DNA of 64,000 nt, taken from contig JBCBUK010000004.1 in the NCBI GenBank assembly GCA_039818205.1, positions 104,302-168,301 of the forward strand. The letters are read 5' to 3'. Made by a program: the position numbers and the translations under genes. Each line of letters begins with the position of its first letter. Within the stretch, counting starts at the first letter, position 1. The stretch is from Verrucomicrobiota bacterium. GTDB lineage: Bacteria; Verrucomicrobiota; Verrucomicrobiia; Opitutales; Cerasicoccaceae. The notes beneath the pieces are model-generated. The model made no database searches, was not told the origin of the DNA, and saw only the letters and a list, made by a program, of their open reading frames with translations. Below, one piece after another: positions 1-8,256 of the stretch.

Positions 1-1221
1 CCCGAACATACCCTGGATGTTCGTGACTTGATTGCTGGAATCGGAAAGTTTCGGATTATTAAGACGCTGTTGAGCCTCAAGCTTTTCGGCGCGAAATCAG
101 CACTGAATAGGTTCCAGGTTCCCACGGATGGAGATAACGAGGAAGCAGCTTTGCTTTTCACTTCGGGAAGCGATGGCGACCCGAAAGGTGTTGTGCTAAC
201 TCACCGCAACATCCTTGGCAATATTGGCCAAGTGGGAGACTGCGGCGTGTTGCCTGAAGGCGAGACACTGTTGGCGAATCTTCCGATCTTCCATAGCTTT
301 GGTTTTACTGTGCAGGTTTGGACCGCGCTCAATGTCGGCGTCAAGGTGGTCACCACGCCATCACCGCTAGATTTTAAAAAGGCTGCAGACGTGATTGAAA
401 AGGAGCACTGTAGTATCCTTCTCGGAACGCCGACATTTTTCCGGCCATACTTGAAACGGGTTGAGCCCGAGAAATTGAAATCGCTCAAGATCGTTGTGGC
501 GGGTGCGGAGAAAACTCCGGAGGGTTTTCATGATGCTTGGGAGAAACGTTTTCCGGGATCGCATTACCTCGAAGGTTATGGCCTGACCGAAACAACTCCG
601 GTTGCGGCGGTCAATGTGCCGGACTTGCCAGCCAAGGGCGATTCGCCTGCAGTTACCCGCACGCGTCGCGGTTCGGTCGGTCGCTTGTTTACCGGGATGG
701 CGGCACGGATCGAATGCCCGGATACTGGAGCGATTTTACCTGTCACCCAGACTGGCATCCTTTGCTTGCGCGGGGTCAACATTTTTGACGGCTATCTGGG
801 TGAACCGGAAAAAACTAGTGCGGTTATTGATGAGGACGGTTGGTTTCGCACGGGTGACCTTGGGCGGTGCGACGACGATGGCTTCGTTATCATTGAAGGC
901 CGCTTGAGCCGGTTTTCTAAAATTGGCGGAGAAATGGTTCCTCATGGGACGGTTGAAACGGCACTTGCCAAAGCCTTTGATGTGGCCGAGAGCGAGCTGC
1001 CTCAACTGGCGATCACTGCACGATCGGATGACGCGAAGGGTGAAGCCTTGGTGATGTTCACTACCTTCGAAATCGACGCAGATACTTTGCGAGACAAAGC
1101 GAAAGATGCTGGTTTAGCCAATCTTTGGATTCCGAAAGACTTTCGCAAAGTGGATGCAATTCCCACCCTTGCTTCAGGTAAACTGGATTTGAAGGGATTG
1201 AAGAAGTTGGCTGCCGAGTAG
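1..1221 (+). CDS. aas: AMP-binding acyl-ACP synthetase domain, C-terminal part of an Aas-like protein; 5' end lies outside the window
   Basis: FTSGSDGDPKGV AMP-binding loop, EGYGLTET, WFRTGDLG, GRLSRFSKIGGEMVPH, SGKLD; frame is open to the window edge. Confidence 0.8.
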   Translation, partial: PEHTLDVRDLIAGIGKFRIIKTLLSLKLFGAKSALNRFQVPTDGDNEEAALLFTSGSDGDPKGVVLTHRNILGNIGQVGDCGVLPEGETLLANLPIFHSFGFTVQVWTALNVGVKVVTTPSPLDFKKAADVIEKEHCSILLGTPTFFRPYLKRVEPEKLKSLKIVVAGAEKTPEGFHDAWEKRFPGSHYLEGYGLTETTPVAAVNVPDLPAKGDSPAVTRTRRGSVGRLFTGMAARIECPDTGAILPVTQTGILCLRGVNIFDGYLGEPEKTSAVIDEDGWFRTGDLGRCDDDGFVIIEGRLSRFSKIGGEMVPHGTVETALAKAFDVAESELPQLAITARSDDAKGEALVMFTTFEIDADTLRDKAKDAGLANLWIPKDFRKVDAIPTLASGKLDLKGLKKLAAE

Positions 1222-1316
1222 GCGCCGCAACACACTAACAGAATTTGAGTTTGATCCCGTGCATGCTCATCCGAGAGCAGGGATCGACTCACTGTAATTA
1301 AAGAAAGGAATTTACT

Positions 1317-2021
1317 ATGTGGTCACCATCAAAAATGGCCGTACGCGAGTTTGGAAATCCCGAGGGCGAAGCCGTGCTGGTATTCGGAGGAATTGGTCCG
1401 AACTTCAAAGTGCTCGATAAAATGTGTGCCCAGCTTGGCGCTGCAGGCTACCGGGTTTTTTCCGTCGATTACCCATCGACTTACCATTCTATTCGCGAGC
1501 TCGCAGACAATCATGTATCTCCCTTTATCGAGGAGTTGCCGATCAATAGAAACAAGCCCCTGCACATTGTGACGTTGTCGATGGGCGGTATCCTTACCCG
1601 GGCCTATCTTCGGGAGAACCGACCCGAGAATCTCGGCCGCGTGGTGATGATCGCACCGCCAAACCATGGTAGTGAGGTTGCTGACTGGCTGAAGTTTGTG
1701 GGGCTCTTCCGTTGGGGGTTTGGTCCCGCGGGTATGGAGTTGACCACCGATGCAAACTCGACTCCCAATGCTTTGGGTCCCGCAAACTTTGACGTTGGAG
1801 TGATTGCGGGCAAGCGTTCGCTCGATCCCTGGTTCAGCTGGATGTTCCGTGGACCGCACGATGGAAAGGTGTCGGTCGACAGCGCCCGCCTCGACGGGAT
1901 GGCCGATTTTGCAGTTGTCAACTCGGACCATTACCTAATCACCCGGAATGCCCAGACGATCGCGCTAACAAAGTGCTTCTTGCAGCACGGCCACTTCGGC
2001 TCGAATGTGGCCAGCAACTAA
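1317..2021 (+). CDS. alpha/beta hydrolase (lipase/esterase-like), copy 1
   Basis: Nucleophile elbow VTLSMGG, GRVVMIAPPNHGSE, DGKV Asp, C-terminal His; AAGGA RBS upstream. Confidence 0.85.
   Translation: MWSPSKMAVREFGNPEGEAVLVFGGIGPNFKVLDKMCAQLGAAGYRVFSVDYPSTYHSIRELADNHVSPFIEELPINRNKPLHIVTLSMGGILTRAYLRENRPENLGRVVMIAPPNHGSEVADWLKFVGLFRWGFGPAGMELTTDANSTPNALGPANFDVGVIAGKRSLDPWFSWMFRGPHDGKVSVDSARLDGMADFAVVNSDHYLITRNAQTIALTKCFLQHGHFGSNVASN
1618..1975 (+). repeat. ~358 bp near-identical direct repeat, copy A (pairs with 2397-2754)
   Basis: Direct reading at offset 779 bp; 4 substitutions seen. Confidence 0.95.
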
Positions 2022-2095
2022 GGGTCTGCGAATGTATGTTTTCGAAGAAGAAGGTGTTGTGCTAAGAGCTACGATTCAACAAGGGAGGTTCGAAG

Positions 2096-2800
2096 TTGTG
2101 GTCCCCGACTGAAGCTGTAGCCCATGAGTCCGGCAATGCTTGCGGTGAGACCGTGTTGCTTCTCGGAGGAATTGGTCGAAGTTGCCGTTTGATGTACCGA
2201 TTGCGGGATCAGTTGAGGCAAGCCGGATACCATGTCTTTAACATCGATTATCCCTCAACACGTTTTACTATTGATCAACAGGCTAGTGATCATTTAGCGC
2301 CACTTGTCGACAAACTAGAATTTGATCGGAAGAAGCCTTTACACTTTGTGACATTTTCAATGGGTGGGATTTTGATAAGAGCTTATTTAAGAAAGCACCG
2401 ACCCGAGAATCTCGGCCGCGTGGTGATGATCGCACCGCCAAACCATGGTAGTGAGGTTGCTGACTGGCTGAAGTATGTGGGGCTCTTCCGTTGGGGGTTT
2501 GGTCCCGCGGGTATGGAGTTGACCACCGATGTAAACTCGACTCCCAATGCTTTGGGTCCGGCAAACTTTGACGTTGGAGTGATTGCGGGCAAGCGTTCGC
2601 TCGATCCCTGGTTCAGCTGGATGTTCCGTGGACCGCACGATGGAAAGGTGTCGGTCGACAGCGCCCGACTCGACGGGATGGCCGATTTTGCAGTTGTCAA
2701 CTCGGACCATTACCTAATCACCCGGAATGCCCAGACGATCGCGCTAACAAAGTGTTTTTTGAAGCATGGCCATTTTAATCGAGAATTGGCGAACAACTAG
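2096..2800 (+). CDS. alpha/beta hydrolase, copy 2 (tandem paralog)
   Basis: VTFSMGG elbow; same length (234 aa) and same MWSP start as copy 1; GGAGG RBS before TTG. Confidence 0.85.
   Translation: MWSPTEAVAHESGNACGETVLLLGGIGRSCRLMYRLRDQLRQAGYHVFNIDYPSTRFTIDQQASDHLAPLVDKLEFDRKKPLHFVTFSMGGILIRAYLRKHRPENLGRVVMIAPPNHGSEVADWLKYVGLFRWGFGPAGMELTTDVNSTPNALGPANFDVGVIAGKRSLDPWFSWMFRGPHDGKVSVDSARLDGMADFAVVNSDHYLITRNAQTIALTKCFLKHGHFNRELANN
2397..2754 (+). repeat. ~358 bp near-identical direct repeat, copy B
   Basis: Matches 1618-1975. Confidence 0.95.
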
Positions 2801-2814
2801 AAACGAGGTGTTCA

Positions 2815-3489
2815 ATGAATATAAATAAAATTAGATCCATTTTTCTTTGGCTGTTTATCGGATTTCTCAGCCTGACCGCTCTCATCGGTATCGCTTCCGT
2901 TCTGATAGGTGAGTGGAGTGAGACGCAATTGAAAGTGTTGGCGACGACCTTTTCGATTTCAGCCGCTAGCGTGTGCGCGATGGCCTGCGCGGCCTTTATT
3001 GAGAAGCGAAAACGAGGCGATATTGGCGGAATCGGAGTCGCGCTGAATTTCATTGCGGCCTCAGCGTTGATCGTTGGCGTTTGGGCTGAGATGGATGGAG
3101 AGATGTTTTGGAAAAGCACGCTTTCGGCAATCGTGCTCGCGCTTAGTTTCACCCATGCGTGCCTGATGCACTTGCCGACATTGGCAACGGCATATCGGTG
3201 GACCCAAGCGGTCGTTGTTGTACTGATTTCGATTCTCGGCGTGATGATTCTCTACGTTTTTTGGGCCGAGGTTGATGCCGAGAATTACTTTCGCTTGTTG
3301 GCAGTGGTCTCGATCATCACCGTGCTGTTCACCTTGGTGATACCAATCTTAGCGAAGATCTCCTCGTCAACGGTCAAAGTGGAGGCTGAGGTTCATCTAA
3401 GTGAAGATCATCTCTATCTCAAGCTGGTTGAGCCTGGACTCTACCGTGATCCGGATGGCAAAGAGTACCGCGTTAGTCGAGTATCTTAG
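2815..3489 (+). CDS. hypothetical integral membrane protein (~6 TM)
   Basis: Alternating hydrophobic segments; GAGGTG RBS. Confidence 0.7.
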   Translation: MNINKIRSIFLWLFIGFLSLTALIGIASVLIGEWSETQLKVLATTFSISAASVCAMACAAFIEKRKRGDIGGIGVALNFIAASALIVGVWAEMDGEMFWKSTLSAIVLALSFTHACLMHLPTLATAYRWTQAVVVVLISILGVMILYVFWAEVDAENYFRLLAVVSIITVLFTLVIPILAKISSSTVKVEAEVHLSEDHLYLKLVEPGLYRDPDGKEYRVSRVS

Positions 3490-4472
3490 TCCTCCGAGTT
3501 CGAGAGGTGCTTGAGGCCAGCATAGACAGCCGTTATCGCTTGTGCCATGCGCTCATAGTCGAGGGTGTCCGCAGTATCGCTTTCGCGGTGGTAGTGTGGA
3601 TTCCGGTAGAACGCGGTATCAGTCACCATAACCGCTGGGATGCCAAGAGGCCAATAGTTGCGGTGATCGGAGAAATCGATGCCCGGGAGTTCTGTGGGTG
3701 CGGCAATGGATTCGATTGGCAATTCGGTGGTACCCGTCATCGCTGTTTTGACTTCTTTGACGAAGTCGCGTTGATCCCAACGACCAACCACGGCGAGGAA
3801 GTTTCCGGTGCTTGGATAGAGTAGCGAAAGGAGCTTGGCCGGATGTTCTTGGCTCCCAGCTTCGTCCTGAAAATACCCAATCATCTCAAGCACGATGACC
3901 CCGCGCACTGGCTTTGTTTCCAAGTCCAATGAGCGGGCATGGTGGGCGCTGCCCATTTGTTCGGAGGCAAAAAACGGCGGTTCTTCCAAGGGATAGGCGA
4001 CGAGGTCGACTGCGAACGTGGGTTCGTTGACACCAAGCATGCGGGCAAGCTCGATTAATCCGGCAACACCACTGGCATTGTCATCGGCACCCGGTGTATC
4101 TTCGTGAGTGTCGTAGTGTGCTCCGATGATCCAGCGTGGTCCGCCATCAGGTCCGAATGAGCCAATCACATTGCGGTAAGCGCTACCGCCAACGGTGAAC
4201 TGTTGATCGGTGACGCGGCCGCCCGCAGCACGAAAATTCTCGCCAATGTAGTCAGCCGTTTGCTCAAGGTTGGTATGTTCGCGGTAATTACGTGGATAAA
4301 AATCAACCGACAGTTTCTCCACGTGCTTCCGTAGCTTTTCGGGATCAGCGGATACCGCTGCGGGCTCTTGTGCATTCCAAATGGGTTGGGTGAGCAGATA
4401 CCAGGCAGCCCCGATAAATAGCCCCACGACTAATCCAACTCGTAATGACCCGATCGCAAATTTCCTAAGCAT
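3486..4472 (-). CDS. M28 family metallopeptidase with N-terminal anchor
   Basis: GAHYD, GADDNASG, LEEPP, LEMIG, SDH, YH metal-ligand motifs. Confidence 0.9.
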   Translation of the reverse strand: MLRKFAIGSLRVGLVVGLFIGAAWYLLTQPIWNAQEPAAVSADPEKLRKHVEKLSVDFYPRNYREHTNLEQTADYIGENFRAAGGRVTDQQFTVGGSAYRNVIGSFGPDGGPRWIIGAHYDTHEDTPGADDNASGVAGLIELARMLGVNEPTFAVDLVAYPLEEPPFFASEQMGSAHHARSLDLETKPVRGVIVLEMIGYFQDEAGSQEHPAKLLSLLYPSTGNFLAVVGRWDQRDFVKEVKTAMTGTTELPIESIAAPTELPGIDFSDHRNYWPLGIPAVMVTDTAFYRNPHYHRESDTADTLDYERMAQAITAVYAGLKHLSNSED

Positions 4473-4562
4473 TAATATTATTTATCACATTAGTCACGGG
4501 CTTGCAAAATAGGAGATGAGTAAAGATTCGTTGGCTTGAATCTTTGGCGGATTCTTGGATGA

Positions 4563-5405
4563 TTGCCTGGCGTGAAGGTCAGTGTCATCACACCCAGTTT
4601 TAATGGAATCCGGTTCCTGGCCGATTGTATTGCATCGGTGCGCCATGCACTCAACGGAGTCGAGTTTGAGCACGTTGTGGTTGATGGAGGGAGCACGGAT
4701 GGCACGCTGGACCTACTTGCCGAAGAACCAGATATCCACTGGGTATCGGAATCCGACAATGGGATGTACGATGCCTTAAACAAAGCCGCCGAACGTGCAG
4801 TGGGCGACGTGATCATTCACCTGAATACGGATGAACAGTTGAATCGAGCCGGAGCGATCGCGGCGCTGTCTCGTTTGAGCGATCCAGCAATCGATGCAGT
4901 ATTGGGGCCGACAGTGATGGTCGACGGTCGGGGACAATTCCTGCAGCTCTTTAAGCAGGTAGTTGTTCCGAAGACCATCGACACGTATTGGCACATGCCA
5001 GTTCAAACATGCTCGTTCATCTATCGCAGAAAACTATGGGAGCGGCAACCTTACGACACTGCTTATCGTTTGATCGCCGACCACATATGGTTCCGACGGC
5101 AGATGGAGCTAGGCGTAAGTTTGGTGGCGATCGGCGAGCCGATTGGAATTTTTACCTGGCACGGAGATAACTTGAGTAGCACGGAAGGCAAGACCTCGGG
5201 TGAGGATGCCAGCAAGGAAGTGATGGTTTCTAAGTCACGCCTGAACTGGGCGAAGCGACTCTATCGACTGCGCAAGCTTATCGCCGGGGGATATCGTCCC
5301 GATCCCGTCGACTACGAGATGATGAATGGGAGGGAAGTACAAGCAAACCACATAGAAAAGCCCCGGTTGAAAATCCGGGGCAATCCAAGAGACCTTGTGA
5401 GCTGA
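4563..5405 (+). CDS. GT2 family glycosyltransferase (start may be GTG 4572)
   Basis: VSVITPSFN, VVDGGSTDGT, DNGMYDALNK. Confidence 0.88.
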   Translation: MPGVKVSVITPSFNGIRFLADCIASVRHALNGVEFEHVVVDGGSTDGTLDLLAEEPDIHWVSESDNGMYDALNKAAERAVGDVIIHLNTDEQLNRAGAIAALSRLSDPAIDAVLGPTVMVDGRGQFLQLFKQVVVPKTIDTYWHMPVQTCSFIYRRKLWERQPYDTAYRLIADHIWFRRQMELGVSLVAIGEPIGIFTWHGDNLSSTEGKTSGEDASKEVMVSKSRLNWAKRLYRLRKLIAGGYRPDPVDYEMMNGREVQANHIEKPRLKIRGNPRDLVS

Positions 5406-5414
5406 TCGCGGGGC

Positions 5415-6365
5415 TTAGAATCCCTTGATTTCGAATAGGCTGGTCACACTTTCATTTGAGTGAATGTGCATGATGGCCTTGCCGAGTAACTCCGCGACGC
5501 TCAATACCGTAATCGGCAAGCCACGGGTTTCGATTGGCGTGGTATTCGTGGTGATAAGTTCATCCAGGATGCCACCCTTGAGGCGTTCATACCCGATGTC
5601 GTTAAGCACGCCGTGAGTAACGGCTGCACGAACCGAGTTCGCCCCGGAATCTTTCAGGAGCTTGGCCGCTGCAGTCAAGGTGCCAGCCGTTTCGGTCATG
5701 TCGTCAATCAGAAGCACATCTTTACCGTCGACATCGCCTACAAGGTTGAAGGCTTCAACATCAGTTGCGCTTGTGCGCTTTTTGGCGACGAAACCAAGTG
5801 GCGCATCGAGGATCTCGGCGTATGCCGCGGCCATTTTCATTCCACCAACATCTGGCGAATAGACCACCAAGTCGCTTTCCAGCTTGAGTTGGTGCAGGTA
5901 ATTGGAAAAGACCGGCGAGGCGTAAAGATGATCAACCGGAAGATCGAAGAAGCCTTGGATTTGCTGAGCGTGCAAATCCATAGTCAGGACACGATTGGCT
6001 CCAGCTGCCGCGATCAAGTTAGCAACTAGTTTCGCGGTGATTGGTACCCGCGGTTGATCTTTCCGGTCTTGGCGTGCGTATCCAAAAAAGGGCAGGACAA
6101 CGGTGATCCGGCTAGCCGATGCTCGGCGGGCGGCGTCGACCATGATCAGGAGCTCCATCAGATGATGGTTGGCTGGGCCACAGGTTGGCTGGATCAAAAA
6201 AACATCGCGGCCGCGAATGTTTTCATCGATCCGAACGAAGGTCTCCCCGTCGGGAAATGCCGTTACGGTTGCCTTTCCGAGGCGGCAACCAATAAATTGG
6301 CAGATCTCCTCGGTGAGTTCTGGATTGGCATTGCCCGTAAAGATTTTTAGTTCCTGGTCTTTCAT
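5415..6365 (-). CDS. prs: ribose-phosphate pyrophosphokinase
   Basis: FPDGE, YARQDRK, DLHAQQIQGFFD, IDDMTETAGT. Confidence 0.97.
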   Translation of the reverse strand: MKDQELKIFTGNANPELTEEICQFIGCRLGKATVTAFPDGETFVRIDENIRGRDVFLIQPTCGPANHHLMELLIMVDAARRASASRITVVLPFFGYARQDRKDQPRVPITAKLVANLIAAAGANRVLTMDLHAQQIQGFFDLPVDHLYASPVFSNYLHQLKLESDLVVYSPDVGGMKMAAAYAEILDAPLGFVAKKRTSATDVEAFNLVGDVDGKDVLLIDDMTETAGTLTAAAKLLKDSGANSVRAAVTHGVLNDIGYERLKGGILDELITTNTTPIETRGLPITVLSVAELLGKAIMHIHSNESVTSLFEIKGF

Positions 6366-6445
6366 TGGCTGGGTTTCGTCAGGGATACTGGCAGTCGATC
6401 GGCGGATTTCAACGATTAGGTTACACTTCGATCGATTTTCCCAAT

Positions 6446-7486
6446 CTAGCTCGGCTGGATAAGGGATTCCTCGATTTTCTCAATGCGCTTAAAGAGTTCC
6501 GGCAAGCGTTTGGACAAGATGTGGATGCGGTTGGCTAAGGTCGCTTCGAGCGCGGGGCTGCCGCGGTAATACTTGCCTGCTTCCGTGTCGAAGTGAACAC
6601 CACCTTGTGCGCCAACGATCGTGCCAGCCGCGAGCCGTAGGTGCCCGGTTATCCCAGCCTGCCCGGCAAGCACGACGTGATTCTCGAGCACCGTGCTACC
6701 GGAAATTCCGGCTTGGGCAACAATCAAGCAATGCGGTCCAATATCGACGTTGTGGGCGATCTGGACCAGGTTGTCGATCTTTGCGCCCTCGCCAATCCGG
6801 GTGCTTTCAAATCGCGCGCGGTCAATTGTCGTGTTCGAGCCAATCTCGACGTCGTTGCCAATCACGACGTTGCCAACCTGCGGAACCTTCTCGTGGGTGC
6901 CGTTGGTTGTTTCGTAGCCGAAGCCGTCGGACCCCACAACACTTCCCGCATGAATGCGCACCCGATCGCCGAGCTCGCAGTCTGCGTAAACGGTTACCTG
7001 GGGATGCAGCCAGCAGCGTTGGCCGACGCTAGCGCCGCGGCCAACAAAACACTGCGCTTGCAACCAAGTGCTATCGCCGATCGTGGCGTGGGCTTCGATC
7101 ACGCAACCGGGTCCAATATGGACCTCCTCGCCAATTGTGGCGGATGGGTCAACGAATGCAGTGGGGTGGATGCCAGGCGCGGGCCATGGCCAAAGTTGTG
7201 ATTCGAGTTCGCCACAAATACGAGCCAACGCCAGTGACGGGTTGCCGACGCGCAGGAATGCTTGGCCATCGGCGGGCGATCCTTCGTAGTCCTGAGGCAC
7301 GAGGATCACTCCGGCGCGGCTTTCTTTGACCTCAGGGGTATACTTTTTGTTTCCCAGGAAGGACAAATCTTCGGGTGACGCATCTCGCAATGAAGCGATA
7401 CCCGTGATCGTTTCCCTGAATTTTCCTTCAAGGTTTTCGGCCCCAGTCAAGGCCTGGATCTGTGTCACGCTGTAGGCGATTTCCAT
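6446..7486 (-). CDS. lpxD: UDP-3-O-acyl-glucosamine N-acyltransferase (start chosen at MEIAYS)
   Basis: LSFL N-domain, hexapeptide repeats, [19 protein letters not shown]; follows skp. Confidence 0.95.
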   Translation of the reverse strand: MEIAYSVTQIQALTGAENLEGKFRETITGIASLRDASPEDLSFLGNKKYTPEVKESRAGVILVPQDYEGSPADGQAFLRVGNPSLALARICGELESQLWPWPAPGIHPTAFVDPSATIGEEVHIGPGCVIEAHATIGDSTWLQAQCFVGRGASVGQRCWLHPQVTVYADCELGDRVRIHAGSVVGSDGFGYETTNGTHEKVPQVGNVVIGNDVEIGSNTTIDRARFESTRIGEGAKIDNLVQIAHNVDIGPHCLIVAQAGISGSTVLENHVVLAGQAGITGHLRLAAGTIVGAQGGVHFDTEAGKYYRGSPALEATLANRIHILSKRLPELFKRIEKIEESLIQPS

Positions 7487-7568
7487 CGACGAATAGATTT
7501 GGTTTTGAGAGCGCCTCATGGCGATCTTATTTATCTATCAATCCACAGCGAATTGAATCGGTCTAGGT

Positions 7569-7607
7569 AAAAAAAATGCCCTGGTGGTCGGCTGACCATC
7601 CAGGGCA
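7569..7607 (-). terminator. Rho-independent terminator after skp
   Basis: TGCCCTGG...CCAGGGCA stem followed by T8 on the minus strand. Confidence 0.8.
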
Positions 7608-7629
7608 AGTAAAGTGAGCGAGTTCGCAA

Positions 7630-8169
7630 TTAAGGCTTGTTCGCGTTCAGCTTGACGATCACCTCATCGGTAATGTCCATGCTGTCCTTGGAATAAACCA
7701 CTGCGAGACCTTGTGTGTTCAGAACCATGTCAGCGCTCTTGGACTGAGCAACTTCGGTAACGACTTCACGGATTTCGCTGATGTGCAACTCAGTGATCGC
7801 TTGGCGACGTTGCTGGAGCTGACGGTCGGTTTGCTGGCGGAACTGGTTTACTTCAGCTTCCTTCTGCTGAATCGCAAGGATGTCTTTCTGCAATTGCTGG
7901 CCGATTTCTGCTTTGCGCTCTTCGGAGATTGCTGGCTGATTCGCTTCAGCCTGCAGTGCTTGCAGTTTCTCGGTCATCGACATGCCCTCTTGAATCATCG
8001 TTTGGATTTCTTGCTGGGCATTTTCGATGGAGCTCTTGAACTTCTCTTCGGCTTCCGCGGCCTTCCAGTAATTTTCATACAACTTGGCAACATCCACCGT
8101 GAGGATGGTTTGCGAAAATGCCAAGCTGCAAGAGCAGACAGCGAGTAGGGTGATCAGGAGTTTTCTCAT
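7630..8169 (-). CDS. skp: OmpH/Skp periplasmic chaperone
   Basis: Signal peptide, coiled-coil body, DITDEVI C-terminus; between bamA and lpxD. Confidence 0.9.
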   Translation of the reverse strand: MRKLLITLLAVCSCSLAFSQTILTVDVAKLYENYWKAAEAEEKFKSSIENAQQEIQTMIQEGMSMTEKLQALQAEANQPAISEERKAEIGQQLQKDILAIQQKEAEVNQFRQQTDRQLQQRRQAITELHISEIREVVTEVAQSKSADMVLNTQGLAVVYSKDSMDITDEVIVKLNANKP

Positions 8170-8256
8170 AACTTCTATGGTTAATAATGGTCTAGATAAA
8201 TAAATCAGGTGCGAATTTTTCGCGGACGTTTGGGTAAGGGAGTGCTGACAGGAGGA

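Noticed and set aside
1618..2754. Repeat pair as a DGR template/variable region
   Set aside because: Both copies lie in intact genes, the mismatches are not adenine-specific, and there is no reverse transcriptase in the window
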